Shown here one piece after another: positions 17,313-27,186 of a stretch of 64,000 nt of DNA. Below the pieces are notes generated by a model. The model did not search any database. It was not told the origin of the DNA and was given only the letters and a program-made list of their open reading frames with translations. The position numbers were made by a program, and so were the translations under genes. Where the stretch lies: positions 1 through 64,000 of the IMG/VR virus record IMGVR_UViG_3300027963_000042. The stretch is one strand, 5' to 3'. Numbering within the stretch: the stretch's first letter is position 1; each line of letters opens with the position of its first letter. The stretch comes from an uncultured virus (IMG/VR IMGVR_UViG_3300027963_000042). Taxonomy: Duplodnaviria > Heunggongvirae > Uroviricota > Caudoviricetes.

Positions 17313-18770
17313 TTATTTATTTTCAAAGTAGATTCCTGCATGGGCTTCACCCTTTGCTTTACCCGGACTATATTTATCTTCAGGCTCTTCAGTAACCACG
17401 AATGCCTTATTAGGGTTTACTATTAATCCCATTCTTCTCATTAGTGTTCTATTTGCTAAGAATGGTGTGCTTTTATCTGTTCTGCCGACAGGGGAAACTT
17501 TAACATTAGGTATTAGGCTTCCGTTAAATTCAAGGTTAATTTCTATGATAGGTCTAGTGTGTGTATCGCTTCCTATTTCAGCATCAGAATATCCAACGAT
17601 ATCATTAACGAACTTTTTATCACCAACTGACCAAATAAGCTTTTTACCATTCTCTTCAATCTCGTCTGCATGAAGAGAGCAGGATTTTGCACCATTTCCT
17701 GTGTCAAATTTAGCTACCATGTCACCAATTCCAGGTACAGATACTTTCTCAAGATAACCAATTTCTAAATTAGCATAGCTCCAATTAGCCTTATCTAAGA
17801 TGTAATCAAGTACATCATTAACAATGGGTTTACCTATAGCCTTGGAAATACCCTCGGTTCCAGGGGATGAATTAACCTCTAAAATATATGGTTTCTTAGT
17901 TTTCTTATCTATCATGATATCTACTCCACACCAGTGGCATCCAACTGCGTTAGCTGCTTTGCAAGCTATTTCTACTAAATCCTCTGGAATTTCGTAATTT
18001 GATACAGATCCGCCTAAAGAATAATTAGTTCTAAAATCTTTATCTACCGCCTCTCTTTTCATAGACCCTAATATAATACAGTTGTCTGAAGATGGTTTGA
18101 TTGGATCAAAGTTCTTAATTATAACCTGAATTCTAAGGTCAAAGTTTGAATCGATTTTTTCCTGAACTAATATCTCGCTGTTCTCGTCAAGTTTTCTTAT
18201 CGTTTGATATACAGACTTTAAAGATGCGTAAGAATCCACAATAGAAACCCCGATACCTTGGGTTCCTGATAAAAGCTTCATGATGATTGGGAATTTGCCA
18301 CCTATCTTTTCTAGTGCAGAATCAAGAAATTCCTCATTCGGTACTAAAGCATATTTAGGAACGGGTAATCCCGCTTCCTCCATATATTGTGAAGTTATGT
18401 ACTTATTTTCACAAACCTCAATGGATTCCAGTGTATTCACAGTGAAATATCGGTCAGCTTCTAATTGTGTCAAAATTTGCTTAGTGTAAGAGTTTTCTAT
18501 CACTCCTCTTCTTGGTATAATCACCGTTGAATTGGGATCAATTAAAATTCCCTCTTTTCCAGTTTTTAATAGATGCCCATTATAAACTTTTTCTATCATC
18601 ACTTGATTTACGTCAACCACATAGCATTCAACGCCCCTTTTTTCGCATTGTTCTGCGAAAGACTTAGATGTCTTACTTCCCTGCGTATTTCCGGTCAGAA
18701 CTATAACCTTAGTAGTTTCACCTTTTGCTTCATTCAAAAAAGACCAAAAATCCAATACTTTACCAGCCAT
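17313..18770 (-). CDS. RimK-family ATP-grasp ligase fused to a retropepsin-like (RimK-associated) protease
   Basis: GTQGIGV, DFRTNYSLGG, GVDI, LEVNSSPG; C-terminal AKFDTGN. Confidence 0.85.
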   Translation of the reverse strand: MAGKVLDFWSFLNEAKGETTKVIVLTGNTQGSKTSKSFAEQCEKRGVECYVVDVNQVMIEKVYNGHLLKTGKEGILIDPNSTVIIPRRGVIENSYTKQILTQLEADRYFTVNTLESIEVCENKYITSQYMEEAGLPVPKYALVPNEEFLDSALEKIGGKFPIIMKLLSGTQGIGVSIVDSYASLKSVYQTIRKLDENSEILVQEKIDSNFDLRIQVIIKNFDPIKPSSDNCIILGSMKREAVDKDFRTNYSLGGSVSNYEIPEDLVEIACKAANAVGCHWCGVDIMIDKKTKKPYILEVNSSPGTEGISKAIGKPIVNDVLDYILDKANWSYANLEIGYLEKVSVPGIGDMVAKFDTGNGAKSCSLHADEIEENGKKLIWSVGDKKFVNDIVGYSDAEIGSDTHTRPIIEINLEFNGSLIPNVKVSPVGRTDKSTPFLANRTLMRRMGLIVNPNKAFVVTEEPEDKYSPGKAKGEAHAGIYFENK

Positions 18771-18793
18771 TAATATTTTATTATTTTTATAAG

Positions 18794-19066
18794 CTATATA
18801 TCACTTATCTGGTCTCTTAAAAAGTGCTTAACCATTATTGCCTTCTTTAATTCGTTCAGCTCCTGTACAATTTCATGTTCTTCCTCTAAATAGAATAGGT
18901 CAATCATCTGATCCAGATTAAATAGCTTAGTTATTGAGCCTATAGAATTTGTTTGAATATACCGTTTTTTACCCTTTAGGACTAGTTCGGTCTCTTCTAA
19001 TATGAATTTACGGTATAAATCATAGTTATCAAGTATGTTCCCCTGTGGCGTGTTTTCTCTCTCCAT
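18794..19066 (-). CDS. Hypothetical protein
   Basis: 90-aa ORF. Confidence 0.6.
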   Translation of the reverse strand: MERENTPQGNILDNYDLYRKFILEETELVLKGKKRYIQTNSIGSITKLFNLDQMIDLFYLEEEHEIVQELNELKKAIMVKHFLRDQISDI

Positions 19067-19238
19067 TGGATTTTATTTTTTCATAAAGCGAATCAAGATA
19101 GTCCATAGATTCCTTAGGACCTATTAGGGCATCTGATTTTCCCACAACCGCATCCAGAAATTCCTCGTCCGAATTATAGTCCTTCCTTCTTTCCTTTAGT
19201 ACCTCTATCTTCTGAATATATCTTTTGTTGAATCCCAT
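19029..19238 (-). CDS. Hypothetical protein
   Basis: 69-aa ORF beginning MGFNKRY. Confidence 0.6.
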   Translation of the reverse strand: MGFNKRYIQKIEVLKERRKDYNSDEEFLDAVVGKSDALIGPKESMDYLDSLYEKIKSNGERKHATGEHT

Positions 19239-19242
19239 AGTG

Positions 19243-20223
19243 TTAAAATAAAGCGTTTATTAAGAATAAATTTGGACTTATTGTATTATAGCCCATAACC
19301 TCAATGAATCTATTAATAGGATCCAGAATTGTTTTGGTAAATTGCATGTCATGGTCTATTGGGGGTGCATATTCATAAGGATAAGTTCCCTGTGCATAAG
19401 CAAAAACGTTATTGTCCATAATGGACTTAGTCTTAACAAAATAATAATTGATTTTTTCTCCACTTCTAATTAATGGGTACTTGTCTTTATATTTTGATCT
19501 GTTCAGCAGAAGATTATGATAAGCTGCTGCTCTAACTTGAATAGGACATCCCTTTGTGACTTCTAATGCACTTACATCATTAAGGATATACTTTTCATAG
19601 TTATTAATTGCTATTGCAGCAGAGATGTTCCTAGGCTCCTGTATTTTAAAGTCCCTTTTAATATCTTTAAGCTCTTTTACAAATTCTCTTATATCGAATG
19701 CACGGCCTTTAGAAAAAATGAATTTTGTTAGGTAAATTAGTTTCTCCCTAACAAAAGGTGGGGTTCCGCCTTTGATCATTTCCACTCCTACTGTCTTTAT
19801 TTGTGAGAGAGGCTCCATATGTAGACCATCTGCATAAACTAGATTGGTAACATATTTTTTCTTACCCAAGAATATTCCATTTATAGCTAAATTTTCCATC
19901 TCAAAATCCTGGTAATTTATCGTGCCCCATTTTTTGGAATATTTCTCAAAGCATGCTTTAAGATAATCTTCTAACCTATATTCGTTTATCTTTAAAATAA
20001 GATCTTTCGGATCGCCATTCCAATCACATGAATCTACTACCTCCTGGAAGGTGACATAGTTCGAATTATGCACCAATATGTCATTAGCAAAAAAAGTTTG
20101 GTTATCATAACCCTCCTCGTCTATTTCTAGATCATATACATACTCGTCCTCAAATTCACCGATTTGTTCACATGATACTATTTTTGAAAATCTGGTTGTT
20201 GCTTCTATTTCTTCCCTATACAT
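19243..20223 (-). CDS. DNA polymerase B C-terminal fragment preceded by split-intein C-half (53 aa, 20223-20065)
   Basis: YVYDLEI..FFANDILVHN/S intein blocks F and G; then KKKY, KTVGVE, VRAAAYHN polB motifs. Confidence 0.9.
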   Translation of the reverse strand: MYREEIEATTRFSKIVSCEQIGEFEDEYVYDLEIDEEGYDNQTFFANDILVHNSNYVTFQEVVDSCDWNGDPKDLILKINEYRLEDYLKACFEKYSKKWGTINYQDFEMENLAINGIFLGKKKYVTNLVYADGLHMEPLSQIKTVGVEMIKGGTPPFVREKLIYLTKFIFSKGRAFDIREFVKELKDIKRDFKIQEPRNISAAIAINNYEKYILNDVSALEVTKGCPIQVRAAAYHNLLLNRSKYKDKYPLIRSGEKINYYFVKTKSIMDNNVFAYAQGTYPYEYAPPIDHDMQFTKTILDPINRFIEVMGYNTISPNLFLINALF

Positions 20224-21356
20224 AATCTAGTAATATTTTTATAAAATTTAGCATTGTTTTTATTTTTGTAATAATCAGATTCCCAAACAACTATAGTTCT
20301 TATTCCGTGATGTTTTTCTAATAAATGATATTTCTTTTCATCCTTTTCCCATAAATCTTTTGCTGTTACCCCGCCTTTCTTACATAAATTGAAATGAACA
20401 TCACATTTGTATTTTTTTGGATTTGCGTGGTAATAGTCACCATTAAATTCTATAGCCAAATTCAGTTCTTCTATATAATAGTCAACCGAGTATGTTTTAT
20501 TAAATTCTTCTATGTAAAAGATACGTTCGCGATTCTTTCTGGAGTAGCTCGTGTTAAATTTAGTACCGATTAAAATGTCAAGACTATCAAAAAAATCTTG
20601 AGATGCTCTAGATACACATCCAGGAGAATTTATTCCTTTAGCTTTATTAATTAACATTAATTTATATACATTATATCCAGATTCATCACCATGTTTCTCT
20701 ATGAACCATTCCAATGACTTACCGTTGGTTATTTGTTTTTTACAATAATCGCTAAATATTTTTTTACCTTCTTCGTCGCCATGTCTATTTATTAAATTTT
20801 CTTCAGTTATAGCCCGGGATTGGTTAAATTCATCAAAATCACTTTGCGTCCATCCATATTTCTCCTTTTTATATTCAAAAGTATTAGTAACAGCCTGGAG
20901 ATTTCTATATTTCTCCCATCTAATATTACCATCTATTTCTCCATATTTTTTTACTAAATTTTTTAATGTAACCGCTGTTGTTTTAGTAAATTCATTAGCA
21001 ACATCATCAGGAATATTATATGCATATCTGGTTATTCTGTTCATAATATTGAATACTCTAGATTTATTCATACCCGAATATTCATCAAATTTTTTATCCA
21101 GACAAAATGAACATACAGATAAATAATATTTATTACCACCTACATTCTTAAATGATTTTGAACATGGATTATTAGTTTCATATTTTACATTTCCGTCTTT
21201 GCCTAAACGAATTAATGAATTTGGATAGAATATAGATTCATTGCAATCCCTACAGTATGATTTATCTTCTATTAGGTTTTCGAGGACCTTCCATAATTCT
21301 ATTGTTTTATCCTTTCTGTATTTTGTAATTAGCATTTTTATTATTGCTGTCTCCAT
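20205..21356 (-). CDS. Free-standing putative homing endonuclease (Vsr/EDxHD-like C-terminal domain)
   Basis: YSVDYY..AIEFNGDYYHANP..VVWESD; repeated KYG/RHG-x-EEG motifs; lies between the two intein halves. Confidence 0.75.
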   Translation of the reverse strand: METAIIKMLITKYRKDKTIELWKVLENLIEDKSYCRDCNESIFYPNSLIRLGKDGNVKYETNNPCSKSFKNVGGNKYYLSVCSFCLDKKFDEYSGMNKSRVFNIMNRITRYAYNIPDDVANEFTKTTAVTLKNLVKKYGEIDGNIRWEKYRNLQAVTNTFEYKKEKYGWTQSDFDEFNQSRAITEENLINRHGDEEGKKIFSDYCKKQITNGKSLEWFIEKHGDESGYNVYKLMLINKAKGINSPGCVSRASQDFFDSLDILIGTKFNTSYSRKNRERIFYIEEFNKTYSVDYYIEELNLAIEFNGDYYHANPKKYKCDVHFNLCKKGGVTAKDLWEKDEKKYHLLEKHHGIRTIVVWESDYYKNKNNAKFYKNITRLCIGKK

Positions 21357-21373
21357 ATATTATATAATTTGTA

Positions 21374-22078
21374 TTATATATCGACAGAAACCTCTAAAAC
21401 TAGATCGGTATCAATATTAATTTCGCTTGCCTTTATGTGTATCTTAATTCCGTCTCTAAATACAGTAAGAGAATGGTCATTAGTTACTATTACTTCCTTA
21501 CCAGTTTCAGTAACAAGTTTCCATTTTGCTTTTCTGACTTTATGTCTTATTATTTTTTTGATTGGTGAAAATGTTAGAGATTGGTCTATATAATTTAGCG
21601 ATGCCAAATTATCTGGTTCTATTATTTCATTACCCTTATAATCGCTAATAAAACCATCAGTTTTAGAAAACATCGAAAAAAGATCACAAATCGTGATTTT
21701 ACTTGGCTTATTTGCATAATTTATGATCACCTCGCTATTGGAAACTAGGCTGTCAGTGTCACCATATATTACGAGAGGTTTAGAAACCCTCTTAACCGTG
21801 GTTAATTCTAACTTTTCGTGGAGTTCCTTATCTACATGCCAATACTCATGGAAATATTTATGTAATATTTTCTCCGAATATTTAATCAAATCCTGGCCCT
21901 GAAGTGTAACTGCCTCTGCAACGTCAGTGTTAAAGCAAACAAACCAATTATTTCCAATCGCTCCGTAGATGGAGTTCATCGTTAATTTTACAGCCTGTTC
22001 CTCGTTCTTTAACTCGTTCTTTAGTGAGGTAAGTTTTTCTATTCTTTCTTCAATTTCTTTTATTTCTTCCTGATTCAT
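21374..22078 (-). CDS. DNA polymerase B middle fragment (motifs B and C) followed by split-intein N-half (125 aa, 21751-21377)
   Basis: KLTMNSIYG, YGDTD/SLV; intein block B VTNDHS. Confidence 0.9.
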   Translation of the reverse strand: MNQEEIKEIEERIEKLTSLKNELKNEEQAVKLTMNSIYGAIGNNWFVCFNTDVAEAVTLQGQDLIKYSEKILHKYFHEYWHVDKELHEKLELTTVKRVSKPLVIYGDTDSLVSNSEVIINYANKPSKITICDLFSMFSKTDGFISDYKGNEIIEPDNLASLNYIDQSLTFSPIKKIIRHKVRKAKWKLVTETGKEVIVTNDHSLTVFRDGIKIHIKASEINIDTDLVLEVSVDI

Positions 22079-23011
22079 TTATCTTAAATTTGTTGGGTCA
22101 TTTGATACCCTACCTATATTTTCAGGATTTCTTGGTGATTTTAGATAAACCCAATTGCTTCCATCGAATGTATTCCAGTAAATATAATCACTTGGCCCCT
22201 GATTGGTTTCGATGAAATCATAGCCAAAATTTCTTCTGCAGAAATTTAGAAAATTGAATCCCCCTGGATTTTTAACTATTTTACCATTCAAATCATTTAT
22301 AAGCAATCCTGAGATAGATTGATCGTGTCTGTGTCCAACTTTACCACAGTTTCCGACATCAACTCCGTAAAAATCCCTTACTGGTTCATCCAATGATGAT
22401 AAACTAGCACACTCATCTATAAGATTCCATTTTAACCACTCAGATACAAAATCTAGGGTTTTCTTTGATTTTTGAAAGACCATCATGCCTGAAGCATGCT
22501 GTATGGAATGGCGATACTTTTGCATGTCCATTCTATTCATACAGGACTCTGTGGTAAAGTTCTCATGCGTATGTGGAGCAACTTCGTTATTAACTATCCA
22601 AACACTTTCAGTGCTAAGTATACCACCGTTTGAGTTGCACAGTTCTTTTATAACGTCAAGGCTAAACACCGAAGAATCGAACGATAGATTAGTCCAATGC
22701 TCGGGGGAAACGTCATTATAGATTAAAAAATCTCCATTCCCTATTGACTTTAAAGCTTCTAGGATAGTGAATGGCTTATAGCATCTACCGTTCATAGCAG
22801 GATCATAATTATCTAGCATCTTTTTATTCTCCTTATAGAAATCTGTCGATAGTATATCATTAAATTTCCAAAAGAAAAAATTAGAGAATTCCATATGGGA
22901 ATTACCTCTAAGAGTTTCTAAAATAAAATCCTGAGTTGATGAATATTTGCCATCCTTACGCCCATATCTGTCATCAGATACGGTTACAAATGAAATGTTG
23001 CTTGTGCTCAT
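22079..23011 (-). CDS. Putative glycosyltransferase-like protein
   Basis: YKPFTILEAL, FLIYND, HRHDQS motifs recalling nucleotide-sugar transferases. Confidence 0.5.
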   Translation of the reverse strand: MSTSNISFVTVSDDRYGRKDGKYSSTQDFILETLRGNSHMEFSNFFFWKFNDILSTDFYKENKKMLDNYDPAMNGRCYKPFTILEALKSIGNGDFLIYNDVSPEHWTNLSFDSSVFSLDVIKELCNSNGGILSTESVWIVNNEVAPHTHENFTTESCMNRMDMQKYRHSIQHASGMMVFQKSKKTLDFVSEWLKWNLIDECASLSSLDEPVRDFYGVDVGNCGKVGHRHDQSISGLLINDLNGKIVKNPGGFNFLNFCRRNFGYDFIETNQGPSDYIYWNTFDGSNWVYLKSPRNPENIGRVSNDPTNLR

Positions 23012-23017
23012 TAATTA

Positions 23018-23779
23018 TTATTTTTCAACTAATCCTATCGCAATCGAAGTAGACGATTGTTCAGAGCACATGACCAATCTGTTATCGTGTACGTAAACTT
23101 GGCAAGTCTCAGCTTCCATGTATGATAATTGTCCTTTGTATATGTTTGAGATAACAGATTCCGACGTGGTTATTTCAGAAGCACCCAAATTAAGTTTGTA
23201 TCTGAATGAGTCACCAAATGAATGCGCATTTTTTTCGTTTATTTCAAATGCTAATACTTCCTCTGAGTTTGTTTCCAATCCACATAAGGAAAGAATTGTG
23301 GTAAAGTCTGATTGGTAGATCTTGAATTGTGCAACTGCATCTTCCTGTGAATGTACCATGCTTAAGATTTTATCTTCGACATAAGATAATAATCCTAGAT
23401 CTGCACATCTTAATCTGATGTTTAATGAAGCAGAGATAAGTTTAATCTCAGTAGATACGCAATCACCATCTACATTATCAGTAGTAAGTTCTAAGTAAAC
23501 GTCCTCTTCTGGTCTAAAGTGTTTAAATGCTTCTATTAATCTTGTAGCATCCAAAATACCAATTTTAATCCTATCAGTTTTTAATTTTGTCCAATCAACA
23601 TCTCCCTCCATAACATCAGATAATAAAATACTAGTGTATTTCATAACCGATTTATCCGCGGTGTGAACTTTTGAGAATAAGCTATCCTTCGTCAATTCAA
23701 GGATTACACTTTTTTCTACTGATTTAAGTCTTTTTAAAAAGACTAGAAAATTTTGGATGCTCGTTATTCTTAATTTCAT
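23018..23779 (-). CDS. Putative DNA polymerase sliding clamp (gp45-like)
   Basis: 253 aa, two-domain size, position in the replication cluster; motif evidence is weak. Confidence 0.55.
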   Translation of the reverse strand: MKLRITSIQNFLVFLKRLKSVEKSVILELTKDSLFSKVHTADKSVMKYTSILLSDVMEGDVDWTKLKTDRIKIGILDATRLIEAFKHFRPEEDVYLELTTDNVDGDCVSTEIKLISASLNIRLRCADLGLLSYVEDKILSMVHSQEDAVAQFKIYQSDFTTILSLCGLETNSEEVLAFEINEKNAHSFGDSFRYKLNLGASEITTSESVISNIYKGQLSYMEAETCQVYVHDNRLVMCSEQSSTSIAIGLVEK

Positions 23780-23816
23780 TTTCTTATTATTTAATAGTTC
23801 TAGATTTATTTTGCAA

Positions 23817-25223
23817 TTAAATTTCGTTTTCTTCTAAATTTTCATCAGAAATTACCGTATCCTCTTCATCTGGTACCTGATAAACTTCTATTCCCTCTAT
23901 CTGATTTGTCTCGAATAGATTTATCATGGGTTTGAATGACTTAATTTTACCTAATGCCTGTATTTTCTTAGCCGCTTCTTTGTGTATTTTTTCCTGATCC
24001 TTTACAAGCTTTTTAGCTTCAGTTATTTTTTCTTTTAACTCTTTGATATCAATCTCGGTTTGTTTAATATGATCAGAGCTTAGCCTTATTATTTCAATCC
24101 TCTGCAATCTCTGGGAGATCCAATTTTCAAATTCTCCCAGAAATGCTATGATCTCATCGTTTGTTCTTTTCTTAGATATCATGAAATTAAGGAACTTTAG
24201 TTTTGCTTCCAAAAACTGTAGCTCTCTAGAATAGTCGCTAAGATCCTTTAATAACCTTTTTAGCTTAACCAATTCAAGATGACCCTTGAAATGATCTAAG
24301 TACTCTTTGACAGAGGTGAATTCCATAACGCCACCGTCACGAATGAATATAACATCCTCTGTAACTATAATCTTACACATCCTTGATATGATTTCAACAA
24401 TTTCGGTAAACCTGGTATTATCCATACCCCTTAGTGAAACTATAAGATCGCATTTACTTTGTGACCTGTTCTCTATCCTATACTCACATCCGGAGTTTTC
24501 TAATTTAGAATCTAGCTTATTTATAAAGCTATCATATCTCATTACCGGTGGTAAATCGTAGATGTGTATTGTTTTTTTCTTAGCATCAACATCAAATCCA
24601 CTTTCAAATAACCACGTATTATCCTCGTTTCTAAATTTTGATATCTTACCTGAGAAATCCTTAAAATATGGTTTAAGCAATTTCGGAGATCCATTTAGAT
24701 ATTCTATAATATCTTCTAATTTTCTAGGAAGGATGTTACTTCTGTACCCTACTGCAATACCAACAACGTGAGTTAGTAATCCAACAGGAACTTCAACATG
24801 AAGCCAATCGTGGCCACCCTCTTCGTTCTTGTCATTAAGATCATAGTTTTTGAATAGAAAATCTTTGATCTTGCTATTGATTTTAACCGACGTGTATCTG
24901 GGAGCAGATGGACTTGGATTGACTGGGGATCCAAAGAATCCGTCACCTTCTAAAACACTGAATGAGCATCCGAAAGGTCTAGCTAATTTAGATATAGCTC
25001 CAGAAAGTGAAGAATCCCCATGATGATAAAGCCCGGTTTTGATTACCTCTCCAACCAAGCCAATGGTCTTATTAAATTTTCCAGGGGAGTTCTCTAATAT
25101 TAATCTCTGAACTGGGGTTAAAGCATCATAGAAATTTGGTATACCTCTGCTTTGTAAAACATATAATGCGTACGTTCTATATTGATGATTTATTTGATCC
25201 GATATGCTTAAATTTTGTAACAT
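23817..25223 (-). CDS. Type II topoisomerase, GyrA/gp52-like subunit
   Basis: DALTPVQR, YHHGDSS, SAPRYT active-site Tyr, GIAVGY. Confidence 0.9.
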   Translation of the reverse strand: MLQNLSISDQINHQYRTYALYVLQSRGIPNFYDALTPVQRLILENSPGKFNKTIGLVGEVIKTGLYHHGDSSLSGAISKLARPFGCSFSVLEGDGFFGSPVNPSPSAPRYTSVKINSKIKDFLFKNYDLNDKNEEGGHDWLHVEVPVGLLTHVVGIAVGYRSNILPRKLEDIIEYLNGSPKLLKPYFKDFSGKISKFRNEDNTWLFESGFDVDAKKKTIHIYDLPPVMRYDSFINKLDSKLENSGCEYRIENRSQSKCDLIVSLRGMDNTRFTEIVEIISRMCKIIVTEDVIFIRDGGVMEFTSVKEYLDHFKGHLELVKLKRLLKDLSDYSRELQFLEAKLKFLNFMISKKRTNDEIIAFLGEFENWISQRLQRIEIIRLSSDHIKQTEIDIKELKEKITEAKKLVKDQEKIHKEAAKKIQALGKIKSFKPMINLFETNQIEGIEVYQVPDEEDTVISDENLEENEI

Positions 25224-25238
25224 TATAAATTTTTATTA

Positions 25239-25550
25239 TTAACTGTTTCTTGAGCCCTTAACTAGATAAATTATAAACGATTCGATCAATACTGAAACAC
25301 CGCTTTGAATTATTGGGTATGCTATGTAGCCAACCCATTTGTATGTTGTTATGTAAGGAACTTCATCTAGTGCTAAAAGTGGAACGAATATAATTATCCC
25401 AACCCATAACCCTGTGCATTGTATACAGGAAAGTAGTTTTCCAAAAAATGGATACTTTACAAGAAGGTAATTTCTAAGTGGATCAAATATAGATCCGTTT
25501 ACTAGGATTGACGTAAGTGACCATCCAAGAAATAAATATAGTGTAATCAT
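25239..25550 (-). CDS. Membrane protein (DUF1360-like)
   Basis: LLSCIQCTGLWVG motif with TM helices. Confidence 0.6.
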   Translation of the reverse strand: MITLYLFLGWSLTSILVNGSIFDPLRNYLLVKYPFFGKLLSCIQCTGLWVGIIIFVPLLALDEVPYITTYKWVGYIAYPIIQSGVSVLIESFIIYLVKGSRNS

Positions 25551-25553
25551 AGT

Positions 25554-26597
25554 TTAAAAATATTCTATTGCTTTCATTTGTTCTTCTGTAAGGAATTCTG
25601 GTATTTTAACATTTACCTGGACTAGGATGTCACCAAATCCAAATCCATTAAATTCTGGTAATCCTTTGCCTTTTAATCTAAATATCTTACCTGGTTGTGT
25701 TCCAGGGGGAACTTTTATTCTAAAGCTAGATCCGGTTAAGTTGGGAAAATCCATTTCAGTACCTAGACAAATATCTTTGAATGAAATGTATTTCTCGCTT
25801 ACTAAATTTATGCCATCTCTACGATAAACAGGATGTGCATATTCTTCTATTGCTACAACAAGATCCCCTGGATTTGAAGGTGCCTTTGCCCAATCACCTT
25901 TAGCAGCCAAAACGTAAGAAACACCATCTATAGATCCTTTAGGTATATTGAAATCAACCTCTTCCTCTTTTTTAACCGTACCTGTTCCTGAACAGTCATT
26001 ACATGGCTTTCTAGGTTTAGTCCCATGTCCTCCGCAAGATCTACATGTTTCCTGTGTAACCATTTCTCCGAATTGATATTGAATAGTTTTATTAACCCTA
26101 CCAACTCCCCCGCATGCAGAACAATTTACAACGTCAGCATTTTCTGCACCGGTACCTTTACATGGATCGCAGTGGACTCTTCTATTAAGTTTGATCCTCT
26201 TATTTACCCCCGTCATCATCTCCTCCAAAGTTAAAGCTACGATAGTGTTTATATTTCTACCCTTGTTTACCATTGGCTCTTGAGATCTCTTACCCTGACC
26301 ATTGAAAAACGATGAGAAGTCTCCGCTTTGAAATGGATTTGTTCCGTTCCAGAACTGTTCAAATGGATTACCCCCACCCGCTCCAGAGAATGGACTTGGG
26401 TTATCGTGTTTTGATTTTTTGTTCGGGTCAGATAAATTATCATAAGCCTCAGAAACCTCTTTAAATTTTTTCTCCGCATCGGGATCATTCCCTGTTTTGT
26501 CCGGATGATATTTTATAGCTAACTTTCGGTAAGCCTTTTTTATTTCATCTGGTGAAGCTCCTTTATGAACTCCTAATATTTGATAGTAATCTTTCAT
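25554..26597 (-). CDS. dnaJ: Chaperone DnaJ
   Basis: J-domain HPD, G/F region, four CxxCxGxG repeats. Confidence 0.95.
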   Translation of the reverse strand: MKDYYQILGVHKGASPDEIKKAYRKLAIKYHPDKTGNDPDAEKKFKEVSEAYDNLSDPNKKSKHDNPSPFSGAGGGNPFEQFWNGTNPFQSGDFSSFFNGQGKRSQEPMVNKGRNINTIVALTLEEMMTGVNKRIKLNRRVHCDPCKGTGAENADVVNCSACGGVGRVNKTIQYQFGEMVTQETCRSCGGHGTKPRKPCNDCSGTGTVKKEEEVDFNIPKGSIDGVSYVLAAKGDWAKAPSNPGDLVVAIEEYAHPVYRRDGINLVSEKYISFKDICLGTEMDFPNLTGSSFRIKVPPGTQPGKIFRLKGKGLPEFNGFGFGDILVQVNVKIPEFLTEEQMKAIEYF

Positions 26598-26607
26598 CTT
26601 GTTATTT

Positions 26608-26943
26608 CTAAGATTTAAAAAGGTTTTTTATTCTAGAAATACTTGGAGATTCCTCTATAAATTCCCTGTTTTTCCATCTTTCTTTAAATTCTTTGCTTAA
26701 ATCTAGAACTTCCTTGCAAACTTCATAATCTTCTAATCCTTCCCAATAATTGAGAATCCTTTCAGTAAAGCTATCTAGCTGGAACTCGTCATTAAACACA
26801 TAAAGTAAATCGTTAGTTCTACTTCTCAGCGAATCTATAAAAAGATCCTGAACTGCTCTTTCTATATGCTTCTTTATAACTTCGAACTGCGGATGCCCAC
26901 CCTCGTTTCTGAAATCATTTATTTGGAAACCCCCGCTGTTCAT
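26608..26943 (-). CDS. Hypothetical protein with EDYEVC motif
   Basis: 111-aa ORF. Confidence 0.65.
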   Translation of the reverse strand: MNSGGFQINDFRNEGGHPQFEVIKKHIERAVQDLFIDSLRSRTNDLLYVFNDEFQLDSFTERILNYWEGLEDYEVCKEVLDLSKEFKERWKNREFIEESPSISRIKNLFKS

Positions 26944-26946
26944 ACT

Positions 26947-27186
26947 TTATATCGAAAATTCATTTAGTATTCTAGCTACAGTGTTGAAATTATCAATATC
27001 ATAAAGATCGGTCATTTCCAACCCAGATTCTTTGATACCTAAATCTGTTTTTTCTTTACCGAAACTGTCACAAAGATATTCATACTTTACCAAAGCTTCC
27101 GTATTACTATCAACAGTATATTTAATCTCCTCTGTGTTTTCTTTATTAAGAATCATATTCTCAAAGTTCTGTATGTTCTCTCTCAT
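26947..27186 (-). CDS. Hypothetical protein
   Basis: 79-aa ORF. Confidence 0.55.
   Translation of the reverse strand: MRENIQNFENMILNKENTEEIKYTVDSNTEALVKYEYLCDSFGKEKTDLGIKESGLEMTDLYDIDNFNTVARILNEFSI

Noticed and set aside
20205..21374. Single contiguous intein with internal endonuclease
   Set aside because: There is a stop after the N-half, a separate ATG and promoter motif, and a separately initiated C-half overlapping the endonuclease stop; two independent errors would be needed.
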